In this document: piece by piece, positions 11,038 to 19,643 of the stretch
Numbering within the stretch: the first letter of the stretch is position 1
Layout: each line of letters opens with the position of its first letter
Assembly: GCF_032444005.1 (NCBI RefSeq)
Contig: NC_091287.1
Span: forward strand, 536,858,001 to 536,922,000
Direction: 5' to 3'
DNA from: Ranitomeya imitator
Taxonomy: Eukaryota
DNA length: 64,000 nucleotides
Program-made: the position numbers and the translations under genes
The notes under the pieces: generated by a model
What the model saw: the letters and a program-made list of their open reading frames with translations, nothing else
The model's database searches: none
Told to the model about the DNA's origin: nothing

Positions 11038-11305
11038 TGGATACCATGCTTGGCATAGGTGGCTTTCCTTCATAGGATGCTGCCCTTCCCGTGGTTGTTC
11101 CTTCCCGGGGAAAGGCCTGGCTATCCACTGCTTGCGTCGAGAAACACGTGATGGTGTCTCCGCAGCTTCTTTTCTTGCATCTGCATATTTCCCATAAGGG
11201 ATGGGGGCAGTGTTCTGGAATCACTGCGTTGAGAAACACGTGATGGTGTCTCCGCGGTGTTGGATGTTTTGGTCTCCCCGAGGCCAATCATCTGTGCCTT
11301 TATAG

Positions 11306-11384
11306 TAGCAAAACTCCTGACAGGTGCTTATACCACTGGGGGGGGGGGGGGGGGCAACCGGACCAGTGACTACATCCACACCAA
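11306..11384 (+). repeat. Right copy of the target-site duplication
   Basis: Duplicate of 9631-9704; Tx1 ORF1 sequence resumes at 11385. Confidence 0.95.
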
Positions 11385-13190
11385 CAGCATCACTATTACC
11401 CACCTTCATAACCCCCTCACCCTCTACCAAACCAGCAACCACACCACTAGACAAAGAATTTTCCTCATCCATACCCACCATCACATTCACTCCTGCTGGA
11501 CCAGTGACAACAGGGGGTGATATTATGACCTCTGCATCATCAGGCACAAGGGGCTGAGTCTCCTCCACAGAACTGGAGGTGACCTCACCCCTGGTCTTAC
11601 GTGTGCCCTCCGCATCATCAGATATTTTCCGCTGCTTTACTGTTGATACCAGGTGCCGCTGATATTTTGCTGCTGTGGGACGCCGCTGATTCTTTATATC
11701 AGCATCTTGTTGACCAGCGGCACCAACACAGAACAGGACTTTGGTGGGAGGACCGGAACTCCCAGCCCCAGCAACCCCCTCACACTGCCGCCGCTTCTCA
11801 ACTAAGTGATCAGCGGCAACAGCATTCAGGGGCACCGAGGCTAACGGAGCTGCCCCCGACACCGGGTCGCTCCCCTCTCCCACTGAGGAGCGCACCACAG
11901 TATCGTGGCCTGACCTTTTGCCCGCCACCGGGTTGCCCTCACTGTCCAGCATTTCGGCTGATGCACCTGTTGCTACGTCCCTGCTACTACAAGCAGAGAC
12001 GGAGCTCTGCGCCTCATTACATTGCTTTGTAATCTCCCCGCGCCTTTGCACTGGATCCACAGCAGAACCCGGGCCAGGCTGGGTAACGGGGCTTATACAG
12101 CGAACTGATCCTGCAGCCGACTCAGGGGGTACAGGGAAGGGGGCATGTACATAGCTTACCGCTTCCTGCAGCTTAGGTTTGATCTTCTTTACATTTTTCT
12201 TCTGGCCCCCAGGTGCCTCCTCTGGTAAATCATCACCAAGATGGAAGTTCTGAAGGCACACAGGGGACTCCAGCAGCTTGATCTCTGCCATTAGCGCCCC
12301 TCCCTGGCCGCTGTTGTCACTGTCCTCCCCAGAGCCAGCAGAACTGCGCTTGTCCCGCAGGAAGCTTGCTGCACGTGGCCTGTGAGTGACTAAGCAGGCT
12401 GCCAGATGGGGCTTTCTGCTGGTCATCATCCTGCTCATCATCATCCACCTGGCACTCAGGCTGCAGCCCCATCTGCCTTTGCTCTCTGTTATCAGCCATT
12501 TCTCTGAATCGATCTTCATTAATACGTTTTTCCTTAAACGATCCACTTTTTTCTCTGATGAAAGCTTTTCTGACTTCAAGCTCATTGATGTCAAATTTCA
12601 GTCTCCTTACCTCCGCCTGGAGCTGATTCTTCCTCGGTTTGGAGGAATCTGCAGCTTTGTTGCTTGTGCAGCGCAACTCCTCCCGGAGCCTCCTCAGGGT
12701 CTTACTAGCTTGTTCATACTCACGGAGATGGCTCATGACACGGGAGGCATAGGTGGTCACAGACTCCCGGGGTCTCTGCAGCGCCCAACCCTCCTCAGTG
12801 AGGTCGGCCTCACCTCCGTGAGCACTCAGCTTTCCTCCGGAAGGACCGCCGTCTTGCACGCTAGCAGGCTTCTCCTCCATGGAAGCCTTGCGGCTGCTCT
12901 GGGTCTCTGCAGACCTGGGGGGAGTAGGAGCCACATTGCTGCGACTCCTGGTGGAGCGTCTCACCCCCGAATCCTCTGAAGTGCAGGCTGGTTCCTTCTG
13001 CCCCCCGCCAGCCAGGTCTGGGAAGCAGAAGCCTGGGACTTGGCTCCTTCACTCATCCCAGGAAACCCACTCCCTCCCTGTTTAAGAGAGAGAGCAGGTC
13101 CCCGGGTGGAGAGATGGTTCCCAGGAGCTCAGGAGCACACTGCAGGTTCAGCAGCGACCGCACCCACAATCAACACAATGAGCAGTAGCT

Positions 13191-13994
13191 GAGCTGCACT
13201 CACTACTCTGAAGGTGCAGTCACTGTGTATATACATTACATTACTGATCCAGTACTGATCCTGAGTTACATCCTGTATTATACTCCAGAGCTGCACTCAC
13301 TACTCTGAAGGTGCAGTCACTGTGTACATACATTACTGATCCAGTACTGATCCTGAGTTACATCCTGTATTATACTCCAGAGCTGCACTCACTATTCTGC
13401 TGGTGCAGACACTGTGTACCTACATTACATTACTTATCCTGAGTTACATCCTGTATTATAATCCAGAGCTGCACTCACTATTCTGCTGGTGCAGTCACTG
13501 TGTACATACATTACATTACTTATCCTGAGTTACATCCTGTATTATACTCCAGAGCTGCACTCACTATTCTGCTGGTAGAGTCACTGTGTACATACATTAC
13601 ATTACTTATCCTGAGTTACATCCTGTATTATCCTCCAGCGCTGCACTCACTATTCTGCTGGTGCAGTCACTGTGTACATACATTACATTACTGATCCTGA
13701 GTTATATCCTGTATTATTCTCCAGAGCTGCACTCACTATTCTGCTGGTGCAGACACTGTGTACATACATTACATTACTGATCCTGAGTTATATCCTGTAT
13801 TATTCTCCAGAGCTGCACTCACTATTCTGCTGGTGCAGTCACTGTGTACATACATTACATTACTGATCCTGAGTTACATCCTGTATTATACTCCAGAGCT
13901 GCACTCACTATTCTGCTGGTAGAGTCATTGTGTACCTACCTTACATTACTTATCCTGAGTTACATCCTGTATTATACTCCAGAGCTGCACTCAC
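13191..13994 (+). repeat. 86-bp satellite array, continuation of 1-286 after the Tx1 insertion
   Basis: About 9 monomers, same orientation as 1-286. Confidence 0.95.
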
Positions 13995-14900
13995 CATACT
14001 ATAAGTATTGCAATATATGTACACGCAGTGTTTCCACCTATAGAATTGTGAAGGCAGCTCTGGAGTGCAGAAATCATGCATAGGATGAGAATGGTTGACT
14101 CTAGTAACTAGGCTTAATGGAGAAGTTAATCTGAGCAGTTCTCCAGTCCTCACCCACCTGTCCCCATCCTCCCCACTTTACATTCCGAGGTTTCCCTGTT
14201 TCCCGCTGATGACTCTGGCCGGGTTCTTCTCCCCTTATAGAGCCATCAGGTTGATGTAGAGCAGCACAGACAGATCACTGGTCTGGAATAGAGCACATAT
14301 TTTATTAGTGTTTGCGTGTTGGAAATCAAAATAGCCCATAGGTTTCCCTTCATCTGCATTATTCTGCTGCTGGCGCTTCAGTTAAGTCAGCGCTTGTTAA
14401 AAATAGAGATCTTCTTCTCGTAGAACGTGTCATGGTGTCGGGGACTGTGGATTCACTGGTTAACGTTTATGACAGCTGTGTTGCTTAGCACTTAGCTCCG
14501 TGCTTGGAAAGATCGCTGTTAATTGCTGCAATGATATTGTAATGCCACAAATGAACATATTATAGGCAGCGTTTCATCAGACGCCTTCTAGACTCTGTAA
14601 TCCATGGGTGATCGCGAAGACACAGACAATGTGATGTGGCAAACGCAAGGCGGCATGAGAAAACTGTCAAAATTTGAGCTTTGTTGGTGGATGTTTGCTA
14701 AATCGATGCATCATTACAGCGGATGACTCATTCTTTATAGGGGGCGACTGGTTTGGCCAATTCCTCCCTGGCTAGAATGGCCCCCCAATGGGAGCCTGAC
14801 TACCGGGTAGGATCTGCGGTGATTAGTGATGAGCGAACGGGCACCTTATCCGAGCACGCTCGGGTGCTAACGAGAAATGACACATTTTATGCTGTCGGCG

Positions 14901-15563
14901 TAATGGATGGATGTGCTAAATATGGCCCCATTCAGTCGTCCATTTTTCGTGTACGATAATATCCTTACCTGTGATAGTCTATGGGGCCATACACAAGTAT
15001 GTGATTTTTTGTAAACCAAGTGGTCCGCATAAAGTTTAGGAGTCTTGTCTGATTTGGATCAAAAATGGTAAGGTAATTCTACGGGTCTGGGAAAAATATC
15101 TTTAAACTTTTTATTAAAGAGACACTTTTGTACTAAAAAATAAAAAAATTGTCAAAAAATTATCCACTAATTTAATGTTTTTTTAAATGGAATTTAGAAG
15201 GTAAGTGCTGGCAAAGTAGATACTGGGTATAGCATAATGGATGGATTTGCTGAATATGGCCGCATTGTCGTCCATTTTTCGTGTACGATAATATCCTTAC
15301 CTGTGATAGTCTATGGGGCCATACACAAGTATGTGATTTTTTTGCAAACCAAGTGGTCCGCTTAAAGTTTAGGAGTCTTGCCTGATTTGGACCAAAAATG
15401 GTAAGGTAATTCTAGGTCTGGGAAAAAATATCTTTAAACTTTTTATTAAAGAGACACTTTCGTACTAAAAAATAAAAAAATGTCTAAAAATTATCCACTG
15501 ATTTAATGTTTTTTTAAAATGGAATTTAGAAGGTAAGTGCTGTCAAAGTAGATACTGGGTATA
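14901..15563. repeat. Two-copy tandem duplication, about 334-bp period
   Basis: taatggatgg...gatactgggtata at 14901 and again at 15235, with scattered substitutions. Confidence 0.85.
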
Positions 15564-15850
15564 TAAAAGTATGTTCCCATCTTGTATACCTTGCACCGAT
15601 GCTGGAAACGCTCCACTAGAAATACATTTTAAGGTTGAATGTAGACTTAAGTCCATCCACTCCAAACTATAACCTGACATGTTGATCCCGTGGAAGGTAA
15701 AAACCCCCGTGGGGCAGATGTTAATTTGTCCCATATTAGGGGAGAAATTCCTTCCCAATTCCATTACCGGCAATTAAGGCTAAATTACCATATGTTAAAA
15801 TAGTTAATAAATTATTGCGAAAAAAAGGTAGTCATTAGTAATATACAGTA

Positions 15851-16645
15851 ACATAGTAACATAGTTAGTAAGGCCGAAAAAAGACATTTGTCCATCCAGT
15901 TCAGCCTATATTCCATCATAATAAATCCCCAGATCTACGTCCTTCTACAGAACCTAATAATTGTATGATACATTATTGTTCTGCTCCAGGAAGACATCCA
16001 GGCCTCTCTTGAACCCCTCGACTGAGTTCGCCATCACCACCTCCTCAGGCAAGCAATTCCAGATTCTCACTGCCCTAACAGTAAAGAATCCTCTTCTATG
16101 TTGGTGGAAAAACCTTCTCTCCTCCAGACGCAAAGAATGCCCCCTTGTGCCCGTCACCTTCCTTGGTATAAACAGATCCTCAGCGAGATATTTGTATTGT
16201 CCCCTTATATACTTATACATGGTTATTAGATCGCCCCTCAGTCGTCTTTTTTCTAGACTAAATAATCCTAATTTCGCTAATCTATCTGGGTATTGTAGTT
16301 CTCCCATCCCCTTTATTAATTTTGTTGCCCTCCTTTGTACTCTCTCTAGTTCCATTATATCCTTCCTGAGCACCGGTGCCCAAAACTGGACACAGTACTC
16401 CATGTGCGGTCTAACTAGGGATTTGTACAGAGGCAGTATAATGCTCTCATCATGTGTATCCAGACCCCTTTTAATGCACCCCATGATCCTGTTTGCCTTG
16501 GCAGCTGCTGCCTGGCACTGGCTGCTCCAGGTAAGTTTATCATTAACTAGGATCCCCAAGTCCTTCTCCCTGTCAGATTTACCCAGTGGTTTCCCATTCA
16601 GTGTGTAATGGTGATATTGATTCCTTCTTCCCATGTGTATAACCT
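15851..16645 (-). mobile_element. CR1 LINE, 5'-truncated 3' fragment
   Basis: ORF 15954-16634 encodes a CR1 ORF2 C-terminus (EKDLGILV, LVRPHMEYCVQFW, LFSLEKRRLRGDLI). The tail has 8-bp (TATGTTAC)n repeats. Possible TSD tacagta at 15844-50 and 16646-52. Confidence 0.9.
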
Positions 16646-16785
16646 TACAGTATATTATCAGTATGACTGAAAAAGTGATAGTACTGCCTCCTGTTTCTTC
16701 CTATAAACGGTAAATGCACAGATAGTACATCCTCCTTGTCTTTCCCTGTAAATGATGCAGGCACAGATAGTACTGCCTTTGCATA

Positions 16786-18408
16786 CAGTTAGGGCCAGAA
16801 ATATTTGGACAGTCACACAATTTTCGCGAGTTGGGCTCTGCATGCCACCACATTGGATTTGAAATGAAACCTCTACAACAGAATTCAAGTGCAGATTGTA
16901 ACGTTTAATTTGAAGGGTTGAACAAAAATATCTGATAGAAAATGTAGGAATTGTACACATTTCTTTACAAACACTCCACGTTTTAGGAGGTCAAAAGTAA
17001 TTGGACAAATTAACATAACCCAAACAAAATATTTTTATTTTCAATATTTTGTTGCAAATCCTTTGGAGGCAATCACTGCCTTAAGTCTGGAACCCATGGA
17101 CATCACCAAACGCTGGGTTTCCTCCTTCTTAATGCTTTGCCAGGCCTTTACAGCCGCAGCCTTCAGGTCTTGCTTGTTTGTGGGTCTTTCCGTCTTAAGT
17201 CTGGATTTGAGCAAGTGAAATGCATGCTCAATTGGGTTTAGATCTGGAGATTGACTTGGCCATTGCAGAATGTTCCACTTTTTGGCACTCATGGGGTCAT
17301 TGTCCATCTGTACTATGAAGCGCCGTCCAATCAACTTTGCAGCATTTGGCTGAATCTGGGCTGAAAGTATATCCCGGTACACTTCAGAATTCATCCGGCT
17401 ACTCTTGTCTGCTCTTATGTCATCAATAAACACAAGTGACCCAGTGCCATTGAATGCCATGCATGCCCATGCCATCACGTTGCCTCCACCATGTTTTACA
17501 GAGGATGTGGTGTGCCTTGGATCATGTGCCGTTCCCTTTCTTCTCCAAACTTTTTTCTTCCCATCATTCTGGTACAGGTTGATCTTTGTCTCATCTGTCC
17601 ATAGAATACTTTTCCAGAACTGAGCTGGCTTCTTGAGGTGTTTTTCTGCAAATTTAACTCTGGCCTGTCTATTTTTGGTATTGATGAATGGTTTGCATCT
17701 AGATGTGAACCCTTTGTATTTACTGTCATGGAGTCTTCTCTTTACTGTTGACTTAGAGACAGATACACCTACTTCACTGAGAGTGTTCTGGACTTCAGTT
17801 GATGTTGTGAACGGGTTCTTCTTCACCAAATTAAGTATGCGGCGATCATCCACCACTGTTGTCATCCGTGGACGCCCAGGCCTTTTTGAGTTCCCAAGCT
17901 CACCAGTCAATTCCTTTTTTCTCAGAATGTACCCAACTGTTGATTTTGCTACTCCAAGCATGTCTGCTATCTCTCTGATGGATTTTTTCTTTTTTTTCAG
18001 CCTCAGGATGTTCTGCTTCACCTCAATTGAGAGTTCCTTTGACCGCATGTTGTCTGCTCACAGCAACAGCTTCCAAATGCAAAACCACACACCTGGAATC
18101 CACCCCTGACCTTTTAACTACTTCATTGATTACAGGTTAACGAGGGAGACGCCTTCAGAGTTAATTGCAGCCCTTAGAGTCCATTGTCCAATTACTTTTG
18201 GTCCCTTGAAAAAGAGGACGCTATGCATTACAGAGCTATGATTCCTAAACCCTTTCTCCGATTTGGATGTGGAAACTATCATATTGCAGCTGGGAGTGTG
18301 CACTTTCAGCCCATATTAAATATATAATTTTATTTCTGAACATGTTTTTGTAAACAGCTAAAATAACAAAACTTGTGTCACTGTCCAAATATTTCTGGCC
18401 CTAACTGT
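16786..18408 (-). mobile_element. Tc1/mariner DNA transposon (1623 bp)
   Basis: TIRs CAGTTAGGGCCAGAAATATTTGGACAGT; TA TSD at 16784-85 and 18409-10; internal inverted sites caaaagtaattggaca / tgtccaattacttttg. Confidence 0.95.
17041..18048 (-). CDS. Tc1 transposase, open frame of 335 aa with an apparent 10-aa deletion in the catalytic domain (probably inactive)
   Basis: HTH region, GRPR, WTDETK, KHGGG.VM.W, MDNDP and WPSQSPDLNPIE; 24 residues between the second D and the E instead of 34. Confidence 0.85.
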   Translation of the reverse strand: MRSKELSIEVKQNILRLKKKKKSIREIADMLGVAKSTVGYILRKKELTGELGNSKRPGRPRMTTVVDDRRILNLVKKNPFTTSTEVQNTLSEVGVSVSKSTVKRRLHDSKYKGFTSRCKPFINTKNRQARVKFAEKHLKKPAQFWKSILWTDETKINLYQNDGKKKVWRRKGTAHDPRHTTSSVKHGGGNVMAWACMAFNGTGSLVFIDDIRADKSSRMNSEVYRDILSAQIQPNAAKLIGRRFIVQMDNDPMSAKKWNILQWPSQSPDLNPIEHAFHLLKSRLKTERPTNKQDLKAAAVKAWQSIKKEETQRLVMSMGSRLKAVIASKGFATKY

Positions 18409-18410
18409 AT

Positions 18411-19275
18411 CTTCCTGTAAATGATGTATGTACAGCTAGTACTGCGTCGCTCTCTTCCTGTATATGATGTAGATAGGAGTGGTTCTATCTCTTTCTGTAA
18501 ATGATGTTGATTCACAAAGTACTGCCTCTCTGTATCTTTTTGTAAATGAAGTAAATAGAGGTAGTCATTTCTAATTGTCTCTCCGTTTCAATGATGTAGG
18601 CACAGATAGTACAACATCCCTGTCTCTGCCTGTAAATAATATATTTCTAGGTTGAACATGCTTTTTTTCGCTTTCTGGAAATGAAGTACGTAAGTACAGA
18701 CAGAAATGCCTCCATGTCTCATTGTATAAAAAAATTACAAGCTTATAGTACAACCTACTAGTTTCTTCCAGTAAATGATATATGTACAGGTTGAACACCC
18801 TAGTTATTCGTGTAAATGATGTATACGCAGATAGTACTGCCTCCCTGTCTCTTCCTGTAAATGATACATGTACAGGTTGAGAATCCTATTTGTCTCTTCC
18901 TGTAAATTATGTATGTACAGATAGCACTGCGTCCTTGTCTCTTCCTGTAAATAATATATGTACCGGTTCAGCATCCTATTTATCTCTTTTTGTCAATGAT
19001 GCATGTGCAGATAGTATTGCCTCCCTGTCTCTTTCTATAAATAATGTAGGTAAACCTCCCTGTGTCATCCTATAAATTATTTATGTATGTGTTGAACACT
19101 ATTTGTCTCTTCCTGTAATTTATGTATGTACAGATAGTACTGCCTCCCTGTCTCTTCCTAAAAATACTGTACATACAGATAGTACTGCCTCCCTGTCTTT
19201 TCCTATAAATTATGTAGTTACAGATAGTACTATCTCCCAGTCTCTTCCTGTAAATGATGTATACAGATAGTATCG
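18411..19275. repeat. Degenerate ~45-bp minisatellite, also at about 16670-16785 (interrupted by the Tc1)
   Basis: Recurring gtctcttcctgtaaatgatgtatgtacagatagtactgcctccct variants. Confidence 0.75.
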
Positions 19276-19336
19276 ACTGCTTGGTGGAAGTTTTTCTTGA
19301 ATCTCCACGTGTGGTCATTGTAATAACAACATCTTA

Positions 19337-19643
19337 GGCTACGTTCACATTAGCGTCGCGTCGCCGTTGCGTCGGCGACGCAGCGGCGACGCAGCGGCGA
19401 CGCGCCCCTATGTTTAACATAGGGGACGCGTGCGTTGTTTTGGTGGCGTTTTTCGCCACGTGCGTCGTTTCCGACGCTAGCGTCGGACGCAAGAAAACGC
19501 TACATGTAGCATTTTCTGTGCGTCCGATTTTCGTCAAAAACGACGCACGCGTCGCAAAACGCGCGCGTTTTTGCGCGCGTTTGCGCGCGTTTTTCCGTGC
19601 GTCGCCGACGCAACGGCGACGCGACGCTAATGTGAACGTAGCC
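19337..19643. mobile_element. PIF/Harbinger-type palindromic MITE (307 bp)
   Basis: TIR GGCTACGTTCACATTAGCGTCGCGTCGCC; TTA TSD at 19334-36 and 19644-46. Confidence 0.9.

Larger units (their letters stand above)
9705..11305 (+). mobile_element. Retrozyme-like tandem array: 4.55 copies of a 352-bp non-coding unit, each complete unit with a type I hammerhead ribozyme
   Basis: Exact 352-bp period (CTGATGA at 9944, 10296, 10648, 11000); two substitutions seen (10155 T>G, 11125 T>C); unrelated to the surrounding Tx1 ORF1; flanked by a long direct duplication. Confidence 0.9.
8007..12964 (-). pseudogene. Tx1-clade ORF1 (Gag-like nucleic-acid-binding protein; coiled coil, RRM-like region, three CCHC knuckles), disrupted
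   Basis: Fragments 12317-12964, 11221-12594, 9275-9574, 8396-9163 and 8007-8495. Knuckles CHKCGDPTHFSTNC, CALCGDIGHLAAFC and degenerate CHLWGELGHPFSCC. The stop lies 12 nt before the ORF2 ATG. Confidence 0.85.
287..13190 (-). mobile_element. Apparently full-length, inactivated Tx1/L1-clade non-LTR retrotransposon carrying three nested insertions
   Basis: Minus strand shows, in order: ORF1 (coiled coil, three CCHC knuckles), ORF2 (APE endonuclease, RT, C-terminal Cys/His), a T-rich 3' UTR, and AATAAA at 291-296. Satellite resumes at 13191. Net length is about 7.17 kb after removing the nested inserts. Confidence 0.88.

Noticed and set aside
9713-11287. Repeated 172-aa (minus) and 64-aa (plus) ORFs in the 352-bp array
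   Set aside because: Artefacts of a 352-bp period that shifts frame each unit; no domain similarity. The conserved signal is the RNA structure.
9705-11305. CRISPR-like or plain satellite interpretation of the array
   Set aside because: The context is eukaryotic and there are no unique spacers. A simple satellite does not explain the complete hammerhead core or the flanking target duplication.
11257-13085. Plus-strand ORFs of up to 197 aa overlapping the Tx1 element (also 4373-4906, 6003-6440, 8011-8433)
   Set aside because: Antisense shadows of the GC-rich Tx1 ORFs.
14235-14282. Possible terminal coding exon on the minus strand (TSDLSVLLYINLMAL*) after ttccAG
   Set aside because: Weak polypyrimidine tract, protein not recognised, and no consistent upstream exons found; would need RNA-seq.
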